This document shows positions 1-14,879 of a stretch of 64,000 nucleotides of DNA, piece by piece. The DNA is from Eledone cirrhosa (Eukaryota). The first letter of the stretch is position 1; each line of letters begins with the position of its first letter. The stretch spans positions 297,848,001-297,912,000 of the forward strand of contig OZ024742.1 in the NCBI GenBank assembly GCA_964016885.1, given 5' to 3'. The notes beneath the pieces were generated by a model. That model was not told the origin of the DNA, did no database searches, and saw only the letters and a program-made list of their open reading frames with translations. The position numbers and the translations under genes are program-made.

Positions 1-561
1 ATTTTATTTCGGTTATTTTCAAAATGACAGCAAATAAAACACAAGTTAAAGCAGACTAATTTGTATAACTATTCTGAAGTTTTGTATTTTGCTATCCTCA
101 AAATCATAAATATTCTAATATAATGGGGCTTAAGAATCATTGGAGAAAAATTTCTAAAGATAAAATTCAACTTTTTACTTATGTCATATTTCCTTCATAA
201 ATTCTGTTTTGTTTGAAATTTATATTACACAATCTATAGTTTCCATTGTAAATCAACATTATATATTTTCAACATAATGTAAGGTAATTATTCCCCAAAA
301 GCAAAATAATATATATATATATATTTTTTTAAATTGCTTTTGATCATTCATGATTAAATCATTTAAAATACAATACATGAATGTTAACCATGTACTTACT
401 TCGTTTCATCAATATGTATAGCCTCTAATACATCGGCTGCATATGCAAGGTTTTTCAATAAATCTTCCTTGAGAATATCATCTTTTGTAACACGGTTATA
501 TATCTGCCGCATTCTGAAATAGAGAAATTTTCATGTAGAGGCAAATGATATAAAGAATTAT

Positions 562-840
562 ATTGGAGAAAAACTGGGCATAAGAGCAATCAGATGTAGT
601 GTGCAAGAAATCATTGTGCTGGTACGGACATATGATGTGTATGGATGATGATATTTGGGTAATGAGATGCCAATGGAAGGAAGTTATGGAAGAGGAAGAT
701 TGAGGAAAATATAAGTTGAATTGGTGAGAGCTTATCTCACGAACAAAACAAGAGGAAGAATGCTGTGCTGGAAAAGACTCATTGAACCCATGCAAGCATG
801 GAAAAACAGATATAAAATGGTGATGAATATGATGATGAAA
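562..840 (+). mobile_element. Degenerate 3' end of RTE LINE
   Basis: Translates to EKLGIRAIRCSVQE..CWYGHMMCMDDD..EGSYGRGR, matching the C-terminus of the RTE ORFs at 20.5/41.9/55.6 kb; ends in catgcaagcatggaaaa..gatgatg tail. Confidence 0.75.
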
Positions 841-879
841 TATTGAAATTGTCAAACTATATTTACAATATCATAATGA

Positions 880-1020
880 GGTAGTGAATTGGCAAGGTAA
901 TTAAAACATTGAGTAGAATATTTTGTGGTATTCATTCTGGATCTCTGTACTCTAAGTTCAAAACCTGCCATGGTCAACTTTTCCTTTCACTCTTTTGGGG
1001 TCAATAAAAGAATACCAGTC
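880..1020 (+). mobile_element. Old SINE (family A) copy
   Basis: Diverged match to the gagttcaaatcccgccgagg..tttgcctttcatcc..ggggtcgataaa..taccagt motif seen at 60951-61135. Confidence 0.6.
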
Positions 1021-3119
1021 TAATTCCTCAGCTATATCTCTTTCTCACTTCCTTTCTATCAATCTCTCTTCTTCTCTGGAAGATATCAGTTGTGTTCAGA
1101 CCTGGAGAGGAGATGGGCTCTCCCAGGTTTTATAATTATCCCCCAAAATGCTGTACATGACTGTGGTGCTCCTACAACTTTATCAAGAGTTATGGGTAAG
1201 AAGAGAGAAGAAAGGAATGATGAAAAAAAAGAGGTTAAAAAGAAAAAAAAAGACAGAAAAGAAAGAAAGGTAAAAGACAAATGGATATATCTTAGCTACG
1301 TCTCACAGACAAGATGTTAAAAGCATTGCTATTGAGAACAGGCAGCAATATCTGCTAAATCAGCAATCCCCTTCACATAAATTGATCACATAAAAGACAT
1401 CAAAAAGAGAACCATACAAGGAATGCTCACAAGTACCATGCTAGTATACAAACAAAATATTGGTTTTATGAAGTACTATACCAGTTTTGTCTGGGTACCC
1501 AATCTCTGCAGAAGAAATTACAACAAACTGCAAAAATCAAAGATTAGTGCATTTCAAATCACAGTCTGCACACAACACACATCTACAGGCCATCTCCAAA
1601 CTATCTCTGGTGGACTCTACATGACCTGTTATAAATAACAGACCATGCTCCCTCAAATTATTCTAGTGTCTTGAAAAAAGATGACACATAACATATTGTA
1701 GAGGAGATGGTCATAACTGGAATATCTTTGATTGTAGATATCTTCAGTTAGTGCTTATATGCAGCTAAACAACATAAAATTGAAAATTAAATTATTTAAC
1801 AAAAACAGTCCTAGATAAGAAACGGATTCAGTTCTTTGTCACAACATCAATTATACCTAAGAACAACTCAATGATATCATTCTTAGAACACTGCAGCAAC
1901 ATTCCAGAACACCTTTTGATAAAAACACTACAACACCATCCTTCTATAACACTTCTAGAAATATCCTCCTAATAACACCACAACACTTCTATAACACCAT
2001 CTTAACAACACTGACAACACCATCCTAACATCTCTTTACAGCATCATTCTATCAACACTTACAAAACCATCATAAAATCATCCTTACAACACCATCTAAA
2101 CAATAAGTAACAACACTTCTACAGGATTATCAAATAACATTTATATAACACCATCTATCAATGCTTCTATAACTAATTTTAGAACAACATAAACTTAAGC
2201 AAAAACACTTCTAAAACATCCATCTAATAACACTGCTATAACACCATATATACAACCATCCTAATACCAATACTGACACCATCCTAAAAACATTTCAACA
2301 ATACCATACTACACAACAATACTGTAGAAGATCATGCCACCTAGCTTTGACTTTGGAAGCAGTTCATTAACTGCCCTTAGTTCTGACGTCAGTAGCTGAA
2401 TACACTCTCTTTTCAACTTTGAGTGTTGATGTGAGCAGACGCATTTCACTGTGGCGAAACAGCGATATCACACCATGCGGTCACGGGATATTTGAACACC
2501 GCCACAAAATGATAATTACGAATTACCAATCTAGGAGCAACTGATATGATAACCTGTTTTGTTTATTGCGAGGTATATTCTTTTTTCTTAATTGTTTACC
2601 TACACCTAACAACAAATAGAAGCGATGTTCTAGCAGCCAAGCTAGGGAAACAAACTCCCCTCTAAATTGTAAAACAACGCAGCCTTCTAAAATGGTGACC
2701 ATCTCTCCTAAAATACCATACTAACAATCATTCTAATAATACCTCCATAGTTGAAATACTATGAATTATTGACAAACTATTTTTTCAGCTTGTAATGCTT
2801 GAGATATTTGAGGGAGCTGGGCTGTTGATAATGAGGTTCTTGTCATTGTTGGTGGCACATATTACCAACATATCAAATGATTTCCATAAAGGTGCTTAGT
2901 TATTGCAATATCTCAGTCACTCTATCACCAGTGGCATGCCATAAGAGTTTTTGCTCACATCAAATATTATTAGAGGAAAACTCTAGCACTTCCTATTATA
3001 GCTTGTAATTGAGAGTGTCTATCTTCAGCTTTGTTTACCTTACTTTCTGCAAATTGTCAATCTTTAGATAAATTATCTAAATAAAAAGATTTTTGTTTCA
3101 TAATCTTCTAGAAACCACC

Positions 3120-6100
3120 TTGGGTCTGTCATTCATTGCCGTTGCCAAGTCTTGGATTTCAACACCAGAATCTCTGGAGATGACATCGGGGTAGGAGAAC
3201 TTGCACTCCCTGTTATTAGTGGCTGCTTGTGGTTTCCAAAACACTAATGGGAACACAGCATCATAGGTGGCACGATGGCAGTGGCCAGCAAATCTTACTC
3301 TCCTCTTACGTACAATGACAGATATTCATGGGAGGCCAGCATATCTCTCTCTCTCAAAGTCAGATGTCACTAGCTTATGTTCTGAATGCGCTGAAGCAGG
3401 CGAGTGTAAGTGCCATCAAGGTGCTTTTGTTGTTTGGTTGAAAGCGTCCATATTTCACTTCCATATAGCAAGATTGGTTGAATTGTTACTTGGAAGACTC
3501 TGATCTTGGTGCGGCTGGAAACATTTGAGCACGAAACTCGATCCATCTTGTTGCAGGCTGACCATGCTTGAGCCTTTCTGGTGGCGAAATCATTCTCAGA
3601 GTCCATGATCCATGACCCAAGATACTTGAAATCCTTGACTCGCTTGATATTACTGCCGTTGATTGCTTTGATGCTGTTGCATGTACAGTTTGATATGCAC
3701 TCTGCTTTACCCTCATTGAGATGAAAGCCAACAAGGATGGCTGCTTCTTGGAGAGATGTCAAAAGTTGTTGCATATTTTCTAGGCAATCTGCAAAAAGTG
3801 CAATGTCATTAACAAAGTCAAGGTCAGTGAGATATTTAGAGGGGTGCCTAGAGCTCATGGGGGGTTTGATGGCTATACCTTTGTTATTGATTTTGTAAAT
3901 TGAGAGTCTTAAGGTGTAGTCTAGTGCAATGATGAAGAAGAATGGGGCTAGAATGTCACACTGAAGCACACCTGCTGAGATGTCAAAGAACTCTGTTGGG
4001 CTATCAGGGGTGATGATAGTGGCACTTGTGTTGAAATACAGAGCCTTAATTGCTTCCACAAGTCTTGCTGGTATGCCATACAATACAAGGGTAGAATTTC
4101 AAACAATGTCTCTGTTTATGCTGTCAAAAGCTTTTCTAAAGTCAACAAAAACCAGAGCCATTTGTCTGTTGGAGTTTCTCATCTCCTCCACTACTCTTCT
4201 CAAGGCCAAAATCTGTGCAAGTGTAGATCTATCATGCCTAAAACCGTTTTGGTTGATGCGAAGGATTGGATCAACATATGGAACTATATGGTTGAGGATT
4301 AGCTTGTTGTAGATCTCAGCAGCAATGGGCATAAGTGATATTCCTCGGTAGTTTTGGGGGGATGAGAGGTTGCCTTTTTTATGGACAGGAACTAGGCCTG
4401 CTTTTAGCAAACTTGTTGGAGGAATTTTGTTGCTTAAGGTGTCGTTGCAGATTGATAATAGGACTGAAGTAAGGTTTGAGTCCTTCCAAATTATATTGGG
4501 TATGTTGTCGAGACCAGGTGATTTTTTTTGTTTTTAAGTGTTTTGATCACCTGGTTGATCTCACTCAAGGTGAAAAGTCCAGTGGAGATGTTGAGTTCAG
4601 GTGATACCATAGACTTTGGGAGATCGCCTTCTACAGGGGATGGTTCGCTCAGTAGACCCTTGAAGTGCTCAGTCCAGCTCTTTTTCCTAGCTTCTTGAGA
4701 GCCTCCTTCGATGATGGGTGAAGGTTTTTCTTTTCTGCCAGTTATTTCGTTGACTAGAGCCCATGTGGCTACGTGCTGTTTGTTTATATGAAGGGTCTTA
4801 AGTTTGTTTATTTTTCTATCTACTTACTCTGCAAGAGCAGTTGTGTACGCCTAATCAAGGTCTTTTTTGCATTGGGTCATTTCACTTTTCAGTAAACCAG
4901 TTGGATTTGAGTTGTATTGAGAAAAAAGACTTTGCCGTTTTTTTACACACTGAGGATACTAAGATATGTGAGCTCAATTTCGTGAGCTTCCTTTTGGTCT
5001 TTTTGGGCAAGCTGGTAAGAACAACTTCTTCATTTGCAACAATTAGGTTGGAGTATTTAGTTTCAATGGAATCATCAGTACAAGATAGTTCAGAGAACCT
5101 ATTGTAGACACTAATTGCATACCAGCGGGAGTGCTCCTTATTTAATGACACTAACCTCCGTCAATTTGTTTCATAGGCTCAGCGGGAACTTTCTTAGGTG
5201 CGCAGAGGCTAAGCGTAACTTTGGAAGAGACAATCCTGTGATCAGATCCCACGTTGGAGAAGGAGAAATAGGTTTCAGATTCACGTACACTGTTTCGCCA
5301 TTTTTTGTGAAATAGGATATGATCCAATTGAGCTCTACTACCGTTAGGGTAGGTGAATGACCAGAGCTTGGATTGCTTTTTCATGAAGCTATTTGTAGAT
5401 GAGAAGAGTTCAAATTCGTCAAGGAGTTTGAGAAGCATTTCATCATTTCGGTTTGTTTCGCATTGAAGTCACCTGCAATAGTAAGGAAATTATGGGCAGG
5501 GACGTTTTCAATGACCAATCTCAGAACCTGATAGAAACTGGCAGCAGTGTTCTCATCACTGTTATTTGTTGGGCTATAGCAAGATATAAATGTGAGTTTG
5601 GGATTTGAATTGAACTCGGCAACCATTATTCTATCATCTATCTTTTCAATGTTGATGAGGTTCTCACATGCCCTTAATGAGAGAAGCATACCAACTCCCC
5701 CAATGGTGGTGTTATTGGAGTTTTTATATGCAGAGGCATTGACAAGCTGGAAATTGTCAGATTTTGTAAACTTTAGGTCTACAAGAGGATGGAAATGTCT
5801 ATGCTCTTGAAGACTGATGATGTCAATAGCATTGGATTTAGCTCTCAGTACTAGCTCATCAAGAGGACCAAGGGTATTGATGTTGAATGTACTAAAGCGA
5901 ATGGGATGTTTACACTTTAGGAGAGGTTTTGTTCTACCTTCTGCTCTATCGAGAACAGTCTGCCTAGATGAGTCCAGGTTGAAGACTGATCTGTCATTGG
6001 TTTCAGAGAATGCGGTGTAAGTTTCAGGAAAATCATTTATGGCAGGGGCTTGAACCCTGTTGTAAATCAAAGAGTAGTCCATTTTTTCGATAGCTGGATA

Positions 6101-6615
6101 CAAGTGCATGTTGCCAGGACTGCACAGGCATTTTTAAGCTACTGACAGCTCCTATTTAGCCCATAGGTGGAGGCATTGTTGGTAGGACATCCGAGCACCC
6201 TTTGGTTGCTTTTTCCATGTTTCTGGGGGGTTTTCCTTCTTGTTATTTCTCATTAGGACTCCATCTCCAGGCCGGTGACCTGGGAGAGCCTGCATGATCT
6301 AACTTTGCGCAGGCTCAAAATGGTATTTGAGCCTTCACATACACACACACACACAGACATGCATTCAATCAGTTCCATGTACACCCACCCCACACAGAAT
6401 ATACAAATTTACACACTCTTGGATGGATGTTGACTCTTATGAGTTTTTCCGCCCTTTGTCAGGCTTTGTTTTTCGTCCAGCAGTGAGTCCAAAATCACCC
6501 TCCGCACCAAACAAGCTTGGTTGGTTGCCAGTTTAGTCACCGACGACCTGACCATGTGACAGGTTGTACTGGGTTACATGTTACCAGTAGCACTCAAGAG
6601 CGGCCTGACATAAGA
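3120..6615 (-). mobile_element. Near full-length but frameshifted RTE-type LINE (APE endonuclease + RT) with long 5' region
   Basis: ORF pieces 5381-6109 (STFNINTL, SLQEH, GVG, SCYSPT, AGDFNA), 5151-5438 (LDHI, SDH), 4099-4410 (NYRGISL, QNGFR, FVDFRKAFDS) and 3370-4083 (GVLQ, DFVNDIAL, YLGS); multiple stops and frameshifts. Confidence 0.9.
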
Positions 6616-6834
6616 CGCACACACACACCCTCACTCACATACGCACACACACAAACACTTCTACAACCATGACAATATTTCTACAACACAAGCTCATCAG
6701 TACATCTACAACACCAATTTGGCAACATATCTACCATACCATCCTGAGAAACATCCACAGCATCTTTTTCGGTGCTAATAATAATCAATTATTATTTCCA
6801 ATATAGACAGAATTCGGAGGCAGGACATCATTTG

Positions 6835-6985
6835 AATAAATTGAACCCAATATTTCACTGGAGCTTTATTTTATTGATCCCAGACTGATGAAAGGCAAAA
6901 TTGAACTTGGCAGGATGGAACTCAGAATGTACTGATCTGGAACAAATACCACAAGTCATTGCTTCAACAATTCTGCCAATTTATA
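6835..6985 (-). mobile_element. Old SINE family A copy
   Basis: Reverse-complement match (tttattttattgatccc..gatgaaaggcaaa..gaactcaga) to 61244-61431. Confidence 0.6.
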
Positions 6986-7189
6986 ATTAATTATACAATT
7001 AGTAGATTGAAATGGCACCCAGGATTTAGTGCTATTTAGATGGACATTTTTATAACCAATTTATATAATGTCTCTACTTTGTATTTGGTTTTTGTGTAAT
7101 GGAAAATATAACTATCAAGGAGTGTAGTTCATTATAGGTTTTTATCTTGCTGTGTTTACATAAGTATTTCATTTTAGCAACACATACGC

Positions 7190-7191
7190 GT

Positions 7192-7248
<57 letters not shown>
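7190..7248. repeat. (CA)n microsatellite
   Basis: Perfect CA run. Confidence 0.95.
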
Positions 7249-7249
<1 letters not shown>

Positions 7250-8705
7250 ACATGAATTAAAAACGTAAATTAATGGAAGATTCCAATAATGAGCTATAAA
7301 TCTGTTGAGAAAATCAAATAGTACTGTAAATTATAGTTGATAGAAATATGAGATAAAATAGACAGAGATATTGTTGTAAATAAGATAGTTGTCATAAGAT
7401 TTGAAAATGTCACTAGGTACCTGAGATATTTGTGATTATATTGAGGTCATTTCAGTACAGTAACCTTCTCCAATAAAATATGAAATAACAGAATTACTAT
7501 AACATTTTTAAAAAGTTTATATTTAAATTGTTTTAATATAATTTGTACCTGACTATAATAACATATATATAAAACTAATTGTTTTAAAACAGTTTTTCTT
7601 AAAGTGAATGTTGTGTTAACTAACTTTACCTCCCTACTAGCCTTTGATATTGATACCATATAACTTGTAAGGCATGGCTCTGTGGTTAAGGAGTTTGTTT
7701 TGAAATTACATTGAACATTGCTTTGAAATTACATTGAAATTACATCAAATATAGCCTCACATTGATCAATGCTTTGTGAATGAAATTTGATCAACAGAAA
7801 CTATATGAAAGCCCATCACCATCATTTATGTGTATGTGTTTATGACCCATAGCATACAGATTGACAAAATGGAAATCGATAAAATGAATGCCAGTCCTGA
7901 AAAAATGTAAGTATTGTGGTTGATATGATTGACTAAATCAAGGCACAACACCAACATGACTACTATTTAATGACTAAAAATCAGTAAAAGAATAAAAGAG
8001 CATACACTTTATATTTCTACCACACCTTGAATATCTTCACATATTGTTTGATTAACTAATCTGTTTGTAATGAAATTCTTGGAATCTATTACTAGAGTAG
8101 AGATAGACTGTTTGGTTTTGATGACAATCACTCTAATACACTCTCAAAAGTGGTTGATGATTGAATGCTAACAACACTGAATATTCTTTAGTCTTTTTGA
8201 ACCTCTGTAGGGCTAATGCTACAATTAAATTTACCCACTGTACTCAGCAAATGGCATCAAGCTAAAGAAACCAAGCCAATTTTTTCCAACTTGTCCAAGA
8301 AGGACGTAGCTCTAAATAAGAACTGATCTGAAACACAGCAATGTGTCTAACCCATGCTAGTATGATGATAACGATGACAACAGTTTAAACACTATCTACC
8401 CAGTCCCTGACAATGTGTCACTTGGTTTAACACTCCAATCTTACCCTTGGGCATCTTTGGCAGAGTCCACTTTGTTGTAAGCATTCAGACCAAGCCTCTA
8501 ACTTGTGAACACTTTCCTCTCTGTTTTATTCCTTCCAGTCTCAAAATCCCTGGCTAAACAGTAAAAGGGAAAACAAGAATGAAGAGGGTCCTGTTTGACT
8601 CTTATTTTATTCAGAAGTTACTAGAATTTGTGACAAGAAAATTGAAGACTAAAGAAAAGTTGTTATCTACAGATCTTACAATGTAATCTAGAGGACATTA
8701 TTGAT

Positions 8706-8815
8706 GAATCCCGCCGAGGTTAACTTTGCCTTTCATCCTTATGGGGTCGATAAATTAAAGTACCAGTAATGTACTGGATAATTGCTGGCCTTGTGCTAAT
8801 AGTAGAAACAATTAT
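8706..8815 (+). mobile_element. SINE family A, 3' part
   Basis: aatcccgccgaggttaactttgcctttcatccttatggggtcgataaa..gtagaaacaattatt, near-identical to 61025-61135. Confidence 0.8.
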
Positions 8816-11169
8816 TGATGAAAGGGAAGAGGAAAAATATCTTGGTGTAATTGCTGATCTTTTGAAACTGGTTGGGTTTATTGTGAGAGATAAAAGGGAA
8901 TACCAGTAACACATTCACAGATGGAGTAATGAGATTAAAAGATATAAAAGCATGTAATCAATTCGAAGTTGAAGGAAATAAACCAGAACTTTAGCAGAAG
9001 TATTCATGCAATACTTACTACGGAATGTAGTAATCAGCAATAAACAATATAGAGATAATAATGATTGCACTGGTTCTTCTTTTATCAATGAGTCACACAA
9101 ACTTTATGATTTCACAAAAGTGTTCTAAAATTTTCATTTAGATTACAAATGTAAAACAAAGGAAATAAGCATGAGAAATGTCTTAAAATGCATTTTCTAT
9201 CAATATGTTGTCTATTCATCTCCCTACTCTCTCCCTCCCTACCTACCTATGTCTATCTCTTTACACACACACACACACACATATATATATATGTGTGTGT
9301 GGTGTGTGTGTGTGTGTGTATGTGCATCTGTGTATATATATATATGTGTGTGTATATATATATATATATGATGTTAATGATATATAATCAACAAACATAT
9401 TATTTTTATTAAAGTGTGGAAGTAACCAAATATTACTTATTCTATCTATAAATCCATGGTTTATGTACCAGTGGAGATAAAAGAGAAAAAAGAAATTGAG
9501 TGATAAACATAATTTGATTTTAGCAACAGCCATGTTTCTCTCCATAAGAAGCCTATATACAATTTTTTTAATGTGATGCTGCATAGAATGGAGAGACATG
9601 AGAATTTGTTATTAGAAAGCTACGGAAGTTGTGAAGGAATTATTCAGGTGTGCTTTGTTTAATGTGCTATGTTAAAATGAGTGAAAGAGCACAAGTCAGC
9701 TGAAACAAGCAACTGGATATTATCAGCATCACCTCATCTGGGATGGAGAGTTGGAGCCCTAGCAGGGATATGAGCATAATAAAAATGTATAATTAGAAAC
9801 TGAAGTCAGTTATCATTCCTTTGTGTGTATATAAGCAAATTGGTAGTTAGAGGAGAGTAGGATAAAGTACTTTGTGGTGTTTGTTACAATTCTCTGCACT
9901 CTGAGTTCAAACATTGCTAAGTTTAACTATACCTCTCATTTTTTTTTTAGTTAATAAAATAAAATACCAGTCCAGGGCAGTGGATTGATGGAAATGTTAG
10001 AGTGATGTGTAGGATGCCTTGTGAGATATGCTCTGGATCAATGTATTTTGAGTTCAAATGCTTCTGTGGCCTACTTGTGTGATAGATTTAATCCATCACT
10101 GACTCTAGGTTGTCTTTAGTAGAGTCTACTGTGTTACAAGCATTTGGATCATGTCTCTGATCTAAGGATATCTTTTCCTACTTCCCACCTGACTTGGAGG
10201 TACTGCAAAAGGTCATGGCCACTGCTCTTCCCTATCAGAAAAAATAATGTGCATGAGTATTTGACTGTATATATATCCTTCACAGAGTATTGATTGGTGA
10301 CATAATAAAAAATAACAGACAAGCTGATCATAAGGTTAGAGAAGCTTGGTTGAAAAGATTGTTTTCACAGATGTTTGTACTCCTGTTAAATACATGTGCA
10401 TATGTTTATTGTGTCTATATCCAAGGACAGCGAATTGACAGACATGTTAGAGCATAAAACAAAATGCCTTGCAGTGAATTCTTCTCACTTTTAATATGAT
10501 TTTTGTGATCCAACATCCTGGAAAAACTCAAACTGCATCTTATACAAACTAAACCTATCCTGAACTAACACTCCCTACTTTCAACGTTCCAAAGTAATGG
10601 GAATCCCTTTCTCGTTCAATGTAAAGTACTTATTGTTTGCTTTCATTCTTTTTTCAAAAGAAATGCCATATATAGTGTATATCATCATCATCGTTTAACG
10701 TCCAATTTTTAGGCTAGCATGGGTAGGACAATATGTTATGCCTTTTCCCACAACAACATATTCAACTTACCCACTGGATCTACAAAACCTTCAAAATATA
10801 AGGTGTATTGTAAATGCTATCAGTAAAATGGATGTGAGTCTTATGCTCAAGTTTATATGGTAATTCACGGTTTAATATTATATATCTACACGTTTATTTT
10901 TATACCTTAAACTGTAATATTTATTTTAAATAAAATTGTTAAAATAATTTCTTCTTATTTACAATTTTTTATTTCTTCATATTTCTAAATTTATTAATTA
11001 ATATCTACATTTCAAATGTTTCATTCAGTCAAAAGATATAATTAACCAATTTGGAATTATATTTTGTCTTGATGCTTAAAATATTTTCCCATTGTATCTA
11101 CTTTAAATACATGTGCATACATCACATCAGTAAATTAATCACATCTTCATTTCCCATACAATATTTACA

Positions 11170-11720
11170 ATCTTTTCTTCTTCTTCTTTGCCCACTTATT
11201 CCTGAGAGGGTTGTGGGGGCATACACTCCTTCTGGCAGGACCTGTCAGAAGCAACCATCTCCAACTGATCCAGCTGAATCCCCAAGCGAGACCAGCCAAG
11301 CTCATGGATGTTATCCAATCATTTTGATCAGGGTCTACCCATGGGTCTCCTGTCAGTTGGTTTTGCCCATAAAATCTGTCCAACTCCACTTTCCTGAGAC
11401 ATTCTAACCACATACCCATAGTATCAGAGCTGTGATCTCTCAATTCAGAGTTATGCACTCTATCAAGTAACATTATTCCAAAGACCCTTCAGAGGATTCA
11501 CATTTCAGCTGCTTGTAATCATGATCGTATTCATTTGGTCATTACCCAAGAGTCATGACTATAGTTAAGGCTTGACATGAATACTCAATAGATAGTTTTT
11601 ACACCTACCTCCCTTCTTCTGATTACTGAATGCTGAAGCTGGTGTATTACTGTACCAGCTTTTGCAATTCTTGCACTTAATTCAGCCTATTTGTGAACCA
11701 TCACTCGTGAACATGGCCCC
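11170..11720 (-). mobile_element. Old LINE (RTE-like) 3' fragment
   Basis: Minus-strand remnants RPMGRP..WLDNIHELGWSRLGI and an (aag)n tail at ~11175. Confidence 0.5.
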
Positions 11721-11744
11721 AAGATACAACCTGAGATACAACAT

Positions 11745-11935
11745 GCTTTGCATCATAGAGTTACGGCCCTTTACGTTCTGAGTTCAAATCTTACCGAGGT
11801 TAGCTTTGCATTTAATCCCTACAGGGTCGTTAAAATAAAGTATCGGTAATGAACAGAGGTCGATTTAATCGACTTTCCCTCTCCCCCCAAATTGCTGGCC
11901 TTATGTCTAAATAAGAAATTATTATTATTATTATT
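11745..11935 (+). mobile_element. SINE family A copy
   Basis: catagagttacggccctttacgttctgagttcaaatc..ccgaggtt..aattgctggccttatg..(att)n. Confidence 0.75.
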
Positions 11936-12509
11936 GTTGTCATCATTATCATTATTATCATCATCACCATAATAACAAAGCCGATGGCAACATGCAACCA
12001 TGGAAAAGCAGACATAAAAATAACAATGATAATAAGTTTAGTTTCCACTCTCTTAAAATATTCTATATCTCTAAGGACAATTTAATTCTATAATTATATT
12101 ATTTCATATGTGACACAGCAGTGACTAAAGCACTTTCTATCTGTAGTCATGGCAATATCCACTCAAATTAGATAATCTTGACAAAACTGCCATAAGCTAC
12201 TAAACTCATTCCTATACATACACAAATATGTCTTTTATTCCCTACCAGGTATGATATCAACCTTCCCCAAGTTACCCCATTAAATTAAAATCTCCCAACA
12301 CAATTTTATATACAAACCATTTGTAAAATGATATTACAAACACCATTTTAATGAGGAAATAATGATGTTAGTAAATCTTTCCAACTCTATTGATTAAGTG
12401 AAATAGTGTATTTGTTAAAAATATGACCACAAAGGGTTAATCCTTTCTAAAAATAGCTAAAATGGTAGATATGCACAGAGACATCTTAAACCCTGACACA
12501 GGTTAAAAA

Positions 12510-13095
12510 ACTTAGAATTTGTATCACCAGTCTGGAACCTCTATCTTGCTCAGAACATAGACCTCCTGGAAACTGTTCAGAGATGTGCAACCAAGCGAAT
12601 ACCCTCCATCAGGCATCTACCATACTCTGAACGCTTTGCTTACCTGGGCATGGATATGTTGAAGCTCCAATGTCTGGCAACTAACTTAGTAAACACCCAC
12701 AAAATTATTAGCCATCTTGCCAACAACAACCCTAAGCACCCTTTTGAATTGCATGCATCTAACACACGTGGGCATGCCTACAAAGTCAGAAAACAGCACA
12801 GCTCCCATGACTTTCGGAAACATTTTTTCATGCTCAGAGTTGCTGAAGCATGGAAAAAACTACCTGTATCAGTTGATAGCTGCTGAGACTCTACATCTTT
12901 TAAAACCTCCATGCTTCCTGAAATTTGGCAACACTACACCTAATATCCCCACTCCATACACACACACATGTATATCATGACTCATACACTGTTCACTTTT
13001 CTGGCATTTGTACATTATTCTATGTAATATACAGACACCTTTGATAAGTTGTAGTGCAGCTGAACACTGTACCCAATAATTTCCTTATTATTATA
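12510..13095 (+). mobile_element. CR1-like LINE 3' fragment
   Basis: LEFVSPVWN..LETVQRCATK..YSER..TRGHAYK..RKHFFMLRVAEAWKKLP, typical CR1 ORF2 C-terminus. Confidence 0.8.
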
Positions 13096-14574
13096 ATTAT
13101 CTCTCTAGTTGATGAGATACTCACAGTCCTCAGTGCCAAGTGGTGAGTGATAGGACAACGTACAGCCATAAAAAAGCTATCAATAATAACATAAGCAACA
13201 TAACACTTGGCTGAGTTTCTTTTGTGGTGTGTGACAGATATCAATTGGCTGCAATTAGTTGGGTAGTGAGATGATGGACTCTGATGGATGGTATGGAAAG
13301 GCAAAAATCTGCATTAGGTGGCAGTCTATCCATCTAGAAGGGCAATAACTCGAAATAAAAAAAATGACACAGTGTAAAGGAGATTCTGCAATCATACTCA
13401 CATGACAAAATATCTCTAGTGTTAGTGACCTAATAAAACTCACCCAGTACATTCTATAAAGTTGTAAAAATCATATCAAAAATAGAACAAAGACTGCAAG
13501 TCATAGCCTACTCATCTAAGAGAACAGTAACTCCGAAAAAGGTTTAACACAGACAGTATCAACCCATCCAATGCATGGCAGTTAGGGAAAACAGATGTAA
13601 AAATGACGATATATAATCTAAAGATGATATATAATATAATGTAAATTCAAAAAATATTCTATATGCAGAATAGTGAACGTTTTTTTTAGTAGTTAATCTG
13701 TTTGCTTCATGAGTTTGATTCCTGGTGGTTCATTGTGTCCTTGAGCAAGCCATTTTACTTTATATTGCTCCAGTCCACTCAGTTAATACAAATTAGTTGT
13801 AACTGCATTTGAAAGTGTCAATCCTGTCCCAGATAGTCTTGCTGAATTTTCCTCAGAACTATGTTAAGGGGGCACATATCTGTGGAATGCTCAACTACAG
13901 GCAAGCATGTGTGTTTCCATATATAGAGACACACACAAACACACACTGACTGACTTAGTAACAAGATCACTTCAAATTAAAACTTACACCAGGGGTTTTA
14001 GAAGGTTGATTTTTGATACTATTCCTTATTCATCTCAGTCCTCAATGGAGGTTTTGCAAACACTGGTGGATGAAAACAATGCTTGGTAGACAAGCACATT
14101 GTCAGACATGTCCCAACAGTTTAGATACATGGCAGTCCTCTGTGGTAAAAGAGATGCTCACTGTCACAATCAATTTTTGTATGAAACCAAGATGCTGGAA
14201 ACAACGAGGACTACTGCAACAGATCACCCAGACTATGTAATGTATTTCATGTTAAGAAGTGCATCCAGTTGTAAAAACTGTGCAAAAATGGATAGTATCC
14301 GAGTGAGGCAGTCCCCACGACCAATTGAGGAATACAGTACTATTGATACCATGATAAAATGCACCCAGTGCACTCTGTAATGTGGGTGAGATGTTACCAC
14401 GATAAAATGTACCCAGTACACTCTGTGGAATGGTTGTTGTGAGGATGGGCATATGGCTGTAAACACCATGTCAAAATATGGAACATATAAACAAGACACG
14501 ATTTTCCAAGCCATTTAATCTTGAACAGTGATAACCCAACCAACTCATGACACCATCGAAAACAGAATGAAAAT

Positions 14575-14775
14575 GATGGTGTTGGTGATGGTAGTGGTGA
14601 TGGTGGTGATGGTGGTGGTGGTGTACATGATGGTGGTGTACATGACAGTGGTAGTGGTTTTTGTAATGGTGATTGTGATGATGATGATGATGGTGGTAGT
14701 GTACATAATGGTGGAAGTGATGGTGGTGATGGTGGTGGTGATGGTGATGGTGGTGATGATGATGGTGGTGATGGG
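14575..14775. repeat. (GGT/GAT)n low-complexity trinucleotide tract
   Basis: Direct inspection; explains the Pro-rich and Met/Val-rich spurious ORFs. Confidence 0.9.
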
Positions 14776-14879
14776 GATGTTAACAGTGACTTTGATGAGG
14801 ATGATCGAACATTAAATTTCATATAAAAATAATCTGAAAAATCCAGTTAAGATATTTTGTTATAAAACAATAAGCTTAC

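Noticed and set aside
2323-2720. CpG-rich block with a possible terminal exon frame or weak terminal inverted repeats
   Set aside because: Several frames are equally plausible and the inverted repeats are poor; cannot choose between exon and old DNA transposon
6430-6612. Possible HDV-like ribozyme at the RTE 5' end (acc..ggt, ctaa, actgg)
   Set aside because: Could not complete the P1/P1.1 pairing by eye; would need a descriptor search
14394-14822. Pro/Ser-rich 142-aa ORF
   Set aside because: Product of a (CCA/TCA)n low-complexity tract
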